Positions 10,554 to 19,122 of a stretch of DNA of 64,000 bases are shown one piece after another. The stretch spans positions 14,512 through 78,511 of the forward strand of contig JAVIYP010000004.1 of assembly GCA_031323845.1 (NCBI GenBank). The letters are read 5' to 3'. The stretch's first letter is position 1. The number at the start of each line of letters is the position of its first letter. The translations under genes and the position numbers were made by a program. Origin of the DNA: Bacteroidales bacterium. GTDB taxonomy: Bacteria; Bacteroidota; Bacteroidia; Bacteroidales; UBA7960. A model generated the notes under the pieces. That model was not told where the DNA came from and did no database searches. It saw only the letters and a list, made by a program, of their open reading frames with translations.

Positions 10554-11306
10554 ATGAAGTCAAAGATATTCAGCACACGTCGCATGGCACTGGTCGCGCT
10601 GGGCTTCTTCATGCTGTCGGGGGGCTGCGAGAAGGAGGAAGAAACTGTTTTTCTGAAAGGCACCGGACAAGTTACCGACATTGACGGCAATGTGTATCCT
10701 ACCGTCATCATCGGTCACCCTTTTCTTGACATGGGCACACAGGAATGGATGGCTGAGGATCTCAGGGTCACTCATTACCGCGACGGTTCGCCCATAGTCT
10801 ATGCTGCCAATGCCGATGAGTGGCATCATATTGAGGAGGGTGCCGGGGTTTATACCTTTTATGATTTTGATTACGATCAGTACGGGCAGTATTACGGTCC
10901 GCTGTACAACGGTTACACGGTTACTCATCCTGCGGGTTTGTGTCCTGCGGGCTGGCGTATGCCCACGATTGACGAATGGGAGACACTGACGGTTTACCTG
11001 GGTACGCGCAATAAGGCCGGGGGTCGTATGAAGAGTTTGCGTACGGCGACGGGCGACGGCCATCCGCGCTGGGACAGTCCCAATACCGGGGCTACCAACG
11101 AAAGCGGTTTTTCGGCGCTTCCGGCTGGCTTAATGGGCACCCATGGACACCCGGCGTCAGTCGGCCAGTTGTCGTTCTGGTGGACAACCACCAAAGATGC
11201 ACCCACGGTACAGGTGGCCTATGGAGCACATTTTGACCAAAGCGTTATCGGCTATGGCCGGTTTCATCCATTGCACGGCTTTTCTGTACGCTGCATTAAG
11301 GATTAA
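10554..11306 (+). CDS. FISUMP (Fib_succ_major) domain lipoprotein
   Basis: Lipobox LSGGC; DIDGNVYPTVIIG..QEWMAEDL, YGPLYN, CPAGWRMPT, GFSALPAG, FSVRCIKD. Confidence 0.9.
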   Translation: MKSKIFSTRRMALVALGFFMLSGGCEKEEETVFLKGTGQVTDIDGNVYPTVIIGHPFLDMGTQEWMAEDLRVTHYRDGSPIVYAANADEWHHIEEGAGVYTFYDFDYDQYGQYYGPLYNGYTVTHPAGLCPAGWRMPTIDEWETLTVYLGTRNKAGGRMKSLRTATGDGHPRWDSPNTGATNESGFSALPAGLMGTHGHPASVGQLSFWWTTTKDAPTVQVAYGAHFDQSVIGYGRFHPLHGFSVRCIKD

Positions 11307-11374
11307 AAGCCGGGCGGACTTCCAGGTCAGCACCCGGTCATTTACAACACACCAGGAACTTAAACACACATCCC

Positions 11375-11980
11375 ATGAAAAACAGAATAATACGAGGCAG
11401 CTTTCTTCTTACCATAGCCCTGTTTCTGATAGCCGGAAATGCTTCTGCACAGTTTGAACAGAAACTGACGCTGCAAGTCGCCGGCAGCTATGTTCATGCC
11501 ATCGGTCCGGAAGCCTTCACCGATATTTTCATTGACGGCTTTGCAGCCGATGCGGGCATTCAGTATAATTTCAGCAGGACGGCCAGCCTGCTCATCCTGG
11601 CAAAATATTCCAAATTCTTTTACTTTGCCGAACCCGACTTTCACCTGGATGTGGCGAACTTCAACCAGCTCGGAATAAGCCTCTGCCCCAAGTACCGCCT
11701 GTTTCCCCACCTGGGTGTCAACCCTTTCATATTCGGTGGTGCAAGCCTGAACTACATCAGCATTTCCTTTGACCTGAGGGGATTTGACACGGGCATTACC
11801 AAATCGCCCGTAAGCCTGGGTTTCATCGGTGGTGCAGGCACCGACATCAGGATAAACGACAATATTGCACTCTTCCTGCAGGGCGGCCTGAACCGTGTTG
11901 ACCAGGGAAGCGTATGGATTGACTCATGGTTTGTACAGGCAGGCCTTAACATCAATATGTTCAAGGCACGTACCTTGTAG
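11375..11980 (+). CDS. Small outer-membrane beta-barrel protein (8-strand OMP type)
   Basis: Signal peptide, alternating strands, NPFIFGGASLNY, GFIGGAGTD. Confidence 0.8.
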   Translation: MKNRIIRGSFLLTIALFLIAGNASAQFEQKLTLQVAGSYVHAIGPEAFTDIFIDGFAADAGIQYNFSRTASLLILAKYSKFFYFAEPDFHLDVANFNQLGISLCPKYRLFPHLGVNPFIFGGASLNYISISFDLRGFDTGITKSPVSLGFIGGAGTDIRINDNIALFLQGGLNRVDQGSVWIDSWFVQAGLNINMFKARTL

Positions 11981-12054
11981 CTGAGCAACAAACAAATAAT
12001 CTCAGCCTTAAGCGGCAGTAAAACGCATCCGGGAGCAGCGGTGGTGGTGTGTCA

Positions 12055-13542
12055 CTATTCCAGGAAAATATCCACGGTTTCGATCACGTCCAGGATGTTA
12101 ATGACTCCATCGCCATTCACATCGGCATTATCAAAGCAGAACGGATGGGGGTCCATTCCAACGAAGTAATTCACCGTAGTGATTACGTCAAGCACATTCA
12201 CCATGCCATCGCAGTTTGAATCACCGGGCAGTGTGCCATCGGGGTCACCGGCTTCTGAGAAGTCGGCAAGCATGCGGGGCACCAATCTGGTTATATCATA
12301 GCGCTGATGGAGCACCCCTGTAATGTCCTGCGGTGTGTCCGGCACAGGAAGCCCGAAATAGTCAAGCAGGTCGGGATAATTCGGGGTCCGTATTTCTCCG
12401 GTCGCAGTTCCGTCGAAGATAAAATACGTGGTGTTGTGCGTCCATGTTTCCGGATTGTCTTCTTCAAAATGGACGGACAGCACTTCGACAAGCATGCCCT
12501 GAAGATCAGCATTCAGCTCATCCAGGGTCACTGTCATGGGTTCAACCACATTATTTTGCGAGAATGCTTCGCCTGGATCCTCAAAGGGCAATAGCTGCAT
12601 CATGTCCTGAAACACTGTAAGGTTGCCGGTTAAGCCTGTAATGCCGTCATACAAATCATATTCAGTGGTAATGGTAAACGCCTCATCATCTACCAGAATG
12701 GCACCAGAGGCATCTTGAATATAGAATTGGTTGCGGTAAGGTCTTTGCAGATGTGTGATTACCACCTCTCCTGTTATCCTGTAAATATCGGGGCCGTCAG
12801 CCACTGCCTTGAACGCAGCAATATCCGGAACCTCCACAAGTTCGGGATCCGGTTCAGGCTCCGGTGTATAATCCATATCGTCCAGTGAGCGCGGGAAAAT
12901 CTGCATATCACTTTGAAACTGACCCACTATGGCAATCATATTCAGCGGCTCCAGTGGTATGGGCTGACCGAAATAATCCAACCCGGCATTTACATGCGGA
13001 GTACGCAATATGCCCGGACCACTGGCATCTTCAATCACATAGCTGGTACTAGGCTGAAAATTCGTATGCTGAGGTGAGACAAAGGAAACGCCCTCCAGCT
13101 GTATCAGCATGGCCTGATGCTCAGGGGTAAGGTCTGCCAGCTCTAATTCCAGCGGCTCTACCAGGTTCAAGGCTGAGGTGGGTTCTCCGGGATCTTCGAC
13201 AGGCACCAGTTGCAGCATCTGCATATAAAAGGTCAACGTGCCTGTCAATCCGGTAATACCGTCATAGGTTTCATAAACCGTAGTGATTATTCCGCCGAAA
13301 TCATCAACCAGTATAGCTCCGGTATCATCCTGGAAATATTTTTGGTTCCTCTGTCCGTGTTGATGAGTCAGGATAATCTCCCCGGTGATCTGGTACACCG
13401 TGCCGTCTGTCAGGCCCTCTGCCCGGAGTGTTGCCAGGTCGGGAACTTCAACGATCTCTTTTCCTGCAGCCAGGGTACAGCCTGAGTGGATAATGAAAAT
13501 CGTCAACAATAGTGTTAAAAAAGCTTGTAGTAAGTTTTTCAT
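12055..13542 (-). CDS. Secreted protein with two ~200-aa repeats (OB-fold-like) and a C-terminal type I dockerin
   Basis: Repeat VEVPD.A...D..YxITGE..ITH...RNQ.Y.QD.sGAILVDD twice; GDSNCDGMVNVLDV..ADVNGDGVINILDV. Confidence 0.85.
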   Translation of the reverse strand: MKNLLQAFLTLLLTIFIIHSGCTLAAGKEIVEVPDLATLRAEGLTDGTVYQITGEIILTHQHGQRNQKYFQDDTGAILVDDFGGIITTVYETYDGITGLTGTLTFYMQMLQLVPVEDPGEPTSALNLVEPLELELADLTPEHQAMLIQLEGVSFVSPQHTNFQPSTSYVIEDASGPGILRTPHVNAGLDYFGQPIPLEPLNMIAIVGQFQSDMQIFPRSLDDMDYTPEPEPDPELVEVPDIAAFKAVADGPDIYRITGEVVITHLQRPYRNQFYIQDASGAILVDDEAFTITTEYDLYDGITGLTGNLTVFQDMMQLLPFEDPGEAFSQNNVVEPMTVTLDELNADLQGMLVEVLSVHFEEDNPETWTHNTTYFIFDGTATGEIRTPNYPDLLDYFGLPVPDTPQDITGVLHQRYDITRLVPRMLADFSEAGDPDGTLPGDSNCDGMVNVLDVITTVNYFVGMDPHPFCFDNADVNGDGVINILDVIETVDIFLE

Positions 13543-13706
13543 AATTCATGAGGTTTTATGTGTTTACAAAGCATGAGTCGGGGATTATTTTGGGTTGGAA
13601 GGCATCTGTGTAACATGCGTTAAATTTATTCCTTAAAGATAACTTTGTTTTTTTCTTTAAAGATAATACGAAAAAAAACAACCTGCAAGGAGTAGTTGTC
13701 TTCGGT

Positions 13707-16700
13707 TTACAAGTCCATGACACAGCGCACGCTCATTCCGCTGGCGCGGGGAAAACTGAATATTCCGGCCACGTTACCCGCAAAAGCGAGGCTTCTGGCA
13801 TTTGACCCGGTGGTTGATGAAGTCCAGACATAGCCCCAGCTTTGGGCGTTCAGGATATCACCACTATTATTACGATAGCCGGTTGCGGACCACTTTAATG
13901 CGGATGCGTAGGCGCCGGCCAGGTTGTTGGCCTGCCAGCTCATGCGTTCGGCATCAAGCTCATCCTGTGTCGGCAAGCGCCAGCCCGGTGGGCAGGGGTT
14001 GTTGATGCCTCCTTCTCCCTGCCATAGATTATCGTTCCGTGGCGAACGCCAGTCGTGCGGTGACGCTGCAGTGGTGAGAAAATCACCATGTCCCGGCACG
14101 TCGGTACCAACCGGACCCGGCGTTGTGGCGCTTTGCCGGTCCTGGTGACCGTCATCAAGGCGCCCCCACTGGAACAGGTCGCCGTACAACCTTTCATCTG
14201 CATAGCCGGTGGCATGCTGAAAGGGAAGGAAGGGCATGGGTTCCGCACCCAGGTTGCGATCCATCCAGCAAAGGCCGCCTTTTTCAAGAGTACCGTAGGT
14301 AACCTCCTCACCGCGATATAAAAACGTCAGATCTTTTCCGCACTCAAATTCCTCATAGGGCTTGAAGTTTGCCGTAAGCCGGATGCTGTAGGCCGGCATT
14401 TCCACTGAGGTTTCTGCGTCGTAGGGGTTACCGGCATATTCCGTATCACCGGTCCAGTAAAGAAAAATCCAGTCCTGCTCCGGAGCGGCACTGATCTGGG
14501 CAATTTCCCCGGCTGCAAAGTTACCCGCTCCGTAAACAGTTCCGGCATGCCCGGGATTGGCATCGAGCTCCAGCTTGTGATAATCCGGTTCATCCGTGAC
14601 TTCCCTGATACATCGGACGCTGTATGCTGTGGTCTTTGCAAAGTTGAACAGCTGGGCATCACCTCGCGAAACACTGAGTCTCAATGCAGCCGCGTGCGTT
14701 GCCGAGCTTTCGGTTGAAGACCACCATTGTCCGATGCTTCCCTGCTCAGAAAAGCTTGTTCCGGTAAAGTTTCCTGCGGGGAGAGCGGAAAAACCAAAGG
14801 CATCAAAGCCATGGTGTGTGTCATTTGCATCCCAGCGCGGATGAGTGCCGGTGTCGCATGCACCGCCCAAAGGCGAATCAAGCTGCCTGCAGGATTTGAG
14901 CGCATTGCCTGCACCGCTGGGAACATTGCTGTTTGGATAACCCTGACTAACAACATAAGCACTCAGGGCTTCCCAGTCTTCTTTTGCAGGCAGGTGCCAC
15001 CCCGGGGGGCAGACACCCTGAACGCTGCCGGTCTGGCGGCTGTCAGCCGGTTCACCGGTCGTCGCAGCATCCCAGGTGTACAGCCTGCCGTAAGCCCTGC
15101 AGTTGTCCTCATCATTGTCGTAACACCAGCTGTCATCAACCACAAGATGCAGGTTTTCGCTCATCCAGCATTGATCACCGACCATAACCGTAGCATAGGT
15201 GTTTCCATCCCTTGGATCATAAACCGTTAAACCACAGCTGGTGGTAAAACTAAACGTCTGTCCGTACACGGTATCCACGCTGTTGTAGGCATAGGCCCGC
15301 ACATGGTATAGAACGTGTTGCTGCAATCGCGTAATCTGGCTCTCAAAGCTTCCTGTCCCTGTACCTTCATCGGTATACCCCAGCTTATGGTTCAGGTCAG
15401 GCTCCCCGCTGTCGTGCCAAACCAGGCCCCGTGCAAGGATGGGGTCGCCTCCGTCCAGGGCAATATCACCACCGCTTTGTGCAGTGGTCAGCGTTACGTT
15501 GTGCACGGGCCGGGTAACGACAGACATCCCGCCGGAAACAAATTCAAGGCTTTCACCAAAGCTTTCACCCGCATCATTGCCGGCAAAAGCCCTGACATGG
15601 TAAACATTGCCCTCCACCAGTCCGTCAATCGTCGTAACGAAACTTCCGGAACCGCTGCCGTCAATAATCATCTGGTCACCAAAATCAGGATCCGGTGAAG
15701 GTCCATAGACCAGCCCTCTTATAGTAACCTCCAAACCGCCATCATAAACAATCTCATAATACACTTCAGCTTCAGTCGCCGAAACGGGTATAACCCGGTG
15801 CGTAACCACTTCCGGAACTCCATAGGCCGTGGTAAAGCTTTTTTCTTCACCGTAAGCCGTTCCTGCCACATTGGTGGCATAGGCGCGCACATAGTAGGTT
15901 GTATGGGGAGTAAGGCCCTGTATATGACTGGAATAGCTTTCCGGACCGTCACCGTCATCAGTAAAACCTTCATGCTGGCTCTCTTCCAGTGAAGGGTTTG
16001 TGTGCAGGCTCCATACCACACCCTTTGCCGTGACCGGGCCTCCGCCGTCGTCAAGGATGGTACCCCCCGACCAGGCTCCATCAGACGTAATGTTCGAAAT
16101 GTCTTTGGTATGAATGATGATGACGCCGTCCCTGGTTTCAAAACTATAGACACCGCCATAATGAGTCCCTGCTGCATTCATGGCGTAAGCCCTCACATAA
16201 TAAATGGTTTCCGGCATCAGTCCGCTGATCTGACTGACAAATTCTCCCATGCCTTCGCCATCTGCCGTATAGGCATGATCATAACCGTCGTCTATCAGTG
16301 GCGGGTCGCTGGTACTCCAGACGACACCCCTTTGTGTAACAGGAGAACTGCCGTCGTTTAAAATCTGCCCGCCCGAAACTGCACCTACGGCAGTAACGTC
16401 GCCGGGTTCCAGGGTATTTATGGTGACGACACCATCGCCGGTGGTAAAGCTTCGTACACCACCATAGCCTGTACCTGCCTCCGTAACGGCATATGCCCTT
16501 AGATAATAGGTGGTGGCAGGATCAAGGCCTCTGACCTCGCTTACAAATTCACCGGTGCCGGAACCGTCAAGGGTAAACCCGAGATGCTGTCCATCTTCCA
16601 GTGAAGGATCTTCATCGGTGTCCCAGACCACGCCCCGTGAAGTAACGGGCAGCCCGCCGTCGTCTGTAACATGTCCGCCTGACAATACGGAATGGGCCAT

Positions 16701-17075
16701 GATGTCGTGTACAGGGGCGGTGGTCACTATGCTTTTCTCATACACACCAAGCATCAGGGTGGCTGAAGAAAACGGATCACAGTTCCCGGCAATAACCCTG
16801 GCACGCAAATACAAGGTTGCAGGATGTTCCGGAACAAACACCAGCGTATCGCCCGCCGCTCCGGGTACCGGATTCCAGACATAGAGATCAACAGACTGTT
16901 CCCACCAGACGAATTCTCCGGTGTAACTGCCGAGATACAGCACCAGGGTGTCCTTAACGGCTATTATTTTGTGATGAAGGTCTTTGGGCGGAGGCATGGA
17001 ACCCCTTGCCGGGGACACGGCAGCAACACACATCAGGAACAGAACAAGCACAAGAGAATATTTTAAACGCTTCAT
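13707..17075 (-). CDS. Secreted protein: Ig-like, 5x FN3-like repeats, FISUMP, InlB-B-like repeat, second FISUMP-like domain (1122 aa)
   Basis: Five SGG..DGG.PVT.RGVVW..YYVRAYA.N.AGT.YG units; YGRLYTW/CPPGWHLP/YSVRCIRE; C-terminal CPPGWRLPT/MSVRCVMDL. Confidence 0.9.
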   Translation of the reverse strand: MKRLKYSLVLVLFLMCVAAVSPARGSMPPPKDLHHKIIAVKDTLVLYLGSYTGEFVWWEQSVDLYVWNPVPGAAGDTLVFVPEHPATLYLRARVIAGNCDPFSSATLMLGVYEKSIVTTAPVHDIMAHSVLSGGHVTDDGGLPVTSRGVVWDTDEDPSLEDGQHLGFTLDGSGTGEFVSEVRGLDPATTYYLRAYAVTEAGTGYGGVRSFTTGDGVVTINTLEPGDVTAVGAVSGGQILNDGSSPVTQRGVVWSTSDPPLIDDGYDHAYTADGEGMGEFVSQISGLMPETIYYVRAYAMNAAGTHYGGVYSFETRDGVIIIHTKDISNITSDGAWSGGTILDDGGGPVTAKGVVWSLHTNPSLEESQHEGFTDDGDGPESYSSHIQGLTPHTTYYVRAYATNVAGTAYGEEKSFTTAYGVPEVVTHRVIPVSATEAEVYYEIVYDGGLEVTIRGLVYGPSPDPDFGDQMIIDGSGSGSFVTTIDGLVEGNVYHVRAFAGNDAGESFGESLEFVSGGMSVVTRPVHNVTLTTAQSGGDIALDGGDPILARGLVWHDSGEPDLNHKLGYTDEGTGTGSFESQITRLQQHVLYHVRAYAYNSVDTVYGQTFSFTTSCGLTVYDPRDGNTYATVMVGDQCWMSENLHLVVDDSWCYDNDEDNCRAYGRLYTWDAATTGEPADSRQTGSVQGVCPPGWHLPAKEDWEALSAYVVSQGYPNSNVPSGAGNALKSCRQLDSPLGGACDTGTHPRWDANDTHHGFDAFGFSALPAGNFTGTSFSEQGSIGQWWSSTESSATHAAALRLSVSRGDAQLFNFAKTTAYSVRCIREVTDEPDYHKLELDANPGHAGTVYGAGNFAAGEIAQISAAPEQDWIFLYWTGDTEYAGNPYDAETSVEMPAYSIRLTANFKPYEEFECGKDLTFLYRGEEVTYGTLEKGGLCWMDRNLGAEPMPFLPFQHATGYADERLYGDLFQWGRLDDGHQDRQSATTPGPVGTDVPGHGDFLTTAASPHDWRSPRNDNLWQGEGGINNPCPPGWRLPTQDELDAERMSWQANNLAGAYASALKWSATGYRNNSGDILNAQSWGYVWTSSTTGSNARSLAFAGNVAGIFSFPRASGMSVRCVMDL

Positions 17076-17086
17076 GGCCGGGGAGT

Positions 17087-17536
17087 TTACAGTATGGTCA
17101 GAATGTGTACCGCCAGTCTGTTTGCTGACGATGCATGGACAACATATACACCTGCTGGCAGCGATTCCAGTCTGAGAGTCATGGAGTGGGTATCGCCGCC
17201 CGCCCGGGAATGGCTCTTATATACCTGGTGACCGCTCATGTTGTAAACGGTAATGCTGATGAGGTTACCGTAAGCCAGGCCGGTCATTTTTAGTGTAAAC
17301 ACCCCATAACCGGGATTGGGGAAGAGGTGCAGCCATTCACTTGCTTCGTGTACTTCGTCCATGCTTAAGGCCTCATAGCAGTATTCCACATTCTGAGGTT
17401 GCAGGACTTCCAGCTCAACATAATGGTTGACTGGAGTATTTTTGGTTTCGGCCGGATACCCTGTTGTGGTGCTGGTGATCAACAGAACACAGGGCAGTAA
17501 AAACAACAGAAGAATTTTGCGCTTATGTTTTGACAT
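17087..17536 (-). CDS. Small T9SS type A sorting-domain protein (149 aa)
   Basis: Signal peptide, then LFPNP..ITVYNMSG..LESLPAGVYVV CTD signature. Confidence 0.85.
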   Translation of the reverse strand: MSKHKRKILLLFLLPCVLLITSTTTGYPAETKNTPVNHYVELEVLQPQNVEYCYEALSMDEVHEASEWLHLFPNPGYGVFTLKMTGLAYGNLISITVYNMSGHQVYKSHSRAGGDTHSMTLRLESLPAGVYVVHASSANRLAVHILTIL

Positions 17537-17570
17537 AACAGATAATATTGTAGTGATGGTTATTGTCGGC

Positions 17571-18935
17571 TTATTCTTTCACACATCTTACGGACAATCC
17601 CATATTCCTGCCGGTGGCCGACCGGGTGCTGACTCCGCTGTTGTAGTGGAGGCTGTGCTGCCAGGCCGACATTTCACCGAGGCCGGAGGAGGTCCACCAG
17701 TTACCGAGTTTCCCGACATTGACATACTCGCCGTTATCATGTCGTTGACCGCCCGGCAGTGCAGAGAAGCCGAAATCGTCAGTGCCGTAATGGGTGTCGT
17801 GGGCATCCCACCGGGGATGCATAAAAGTGTTGCATCCCAGTCCTTGCGGCGATCCTACCTGGCGGCAGGATTTTAGTTTGTTCGCCGGATGCATATAACC
17901 CAGTTGTTCAAGATGTTGCATTAACTCACTCCAATCGTCTGATGAGGGCACGCGCCATCCTGGGGGGCACAAACCCTTGCTGTCGTTAACAGCATGCCAG
18001 TTGTAAAGCAGTCCGAAAGCGTTGACGACCTGCTGGGGGTTGTTAAAGCCCGGCAATTCCTCGTAGGAATACACTGCATAGGCTCCTGAGGCTGTATGCT
18101 CCCACTGCATGTGGGTCAGTCCGGTGCTTATTGCCTGGCCATTGCTGTAACGGGTCACCCTGAGGTTTTCAGCCATCCATTCCTGGTTGCCAATAGTTAC
18201 GGTTTGGTAGATATTCCCTTCGACATCCTCTAAGGTGCCGTCTTCAAGCGTCACAAAACTGATCTCTTCGCCATAGGCAGTGCCGGCCATGTTGGTGGCA
18301 TAGGCCCTCACATAATACTGTGTGGCAGGTTCCAGTTGCGTGAGCTCGGCGGTAAAGCTGCCAAGACCTGCGCCGTCAACCGTATGCTGATGATGTAATG
18401 TAGGAGCAGGGCTTGTGTTCCAGCATACGCCTCTGGCTGTTACTTCCAGTCCTGCTGACGATATAACCCTGCCGCTGACAAGGGCTTCATCCGAAGAGCG
18501 GTGCACCAGTCTATCGGTAACCACGGTGATTTTGCCGTCCGTAGTGCGCAGCGACAAGGTTTGTCCATAGTGATAGCCGTCATCATCCCGGCAATAGGCC
18601 CTCACGTAATAGGTAGTGTTGGGTTGCAGGCCCTGAATGAGCACGCTGAACTGACCCACAACGGGATTTCCTGCACTGCGCCTGTAATCGGCCGGGCCCG
18701 GATCATCATGGCGGGCATAAAAAAACCCGTGATCAGTATCGGCACTGCTTCTTGCCTCAACAATTTTTCCAATCGCTTCGATGTCGAGAGAAACCTGCTT
18801 GACCGATATGGTCGAGACTTTGGTAACCGGCGTTATTTCGTACTTGCTGCAGGTGGTCAGCAAAAACAGGCAAAGCAGGCCGGTCATGATGCCGGAAAGA
18901 TAGTTCATCTGCTTTTTTTGGATAAAACTGTTCAT
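17571..18935 (-). CDS. Lipoprotein with 2x FN3-like repeats and FISUMP domain
   Basis: Lipobox FLLTTC; YYVRAY repeats; DVEGNIYQTVTIGNQEWMAENL..LSVRCVKE. Confidence 0.9.
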   Translation of the reverse strand: MNSFIQKKQMNYLSGIMTGLLCLFLLTTCSKYEITPVTKVSTISVKQVSLDIEAIGKIVEARSSADTDHGFFYARHDDPGPADYRRSAGNPVVGQFSVLIQGLQPNTTYYVRAYCRDDDGYHYGQTLSLRTTDGKITVVTDRLVHRSSDEALVSGRVISSAGLEVTARGVCWNTSPAPTLHHQHTVDGAGLGSFTAELTQLEPATQYYVRAYATNMAGTAYGEEISFVTLEDGTLEDVEGNIYQTVTIGNQEWMAENLRVTRYSNGQAISTGLTHMQWEHTASGAYAVYSYEELPGFNNPQQVVNAFGLLYNWHAVNDSKGLCPPGWRVPSSDDWSELMQHLEQLGYMHPANKLKSCRQVGSPQGLGCNTFMHPRWDAHDTHYGTDDFGFSALPGGQRHDNGEYVNVGKLGNWWTSSGLGEMSAWQHSLHYNSGVSTRSATGRNMGLSVRCVKE

Positions 18936-19122
18936 AGTTACAAAGAGTTAATCTCAGGTTTCTTTATGTTGTTGATGGATGCCTTGCTTTCTCATGCTTT
19001 CGCATCCGGAGCACTGGGCTCCACAGCCATTCTTCCCGGTGCAAAGGGCGACCCTGAAGCGTCCGGACTTATTCATCATTAATAGCAATATAATGACCGT
19101 TCCCGGTGATGACATCTCGTTG

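Noticed and set aside
10554-18935. Diversity-generating retroelement targeting the FISUMP C-termini
   Set aside because: The 3' ends are mutually divergent, I found no near-identical non-coding TR, and there is no reverse transcriptase in the window
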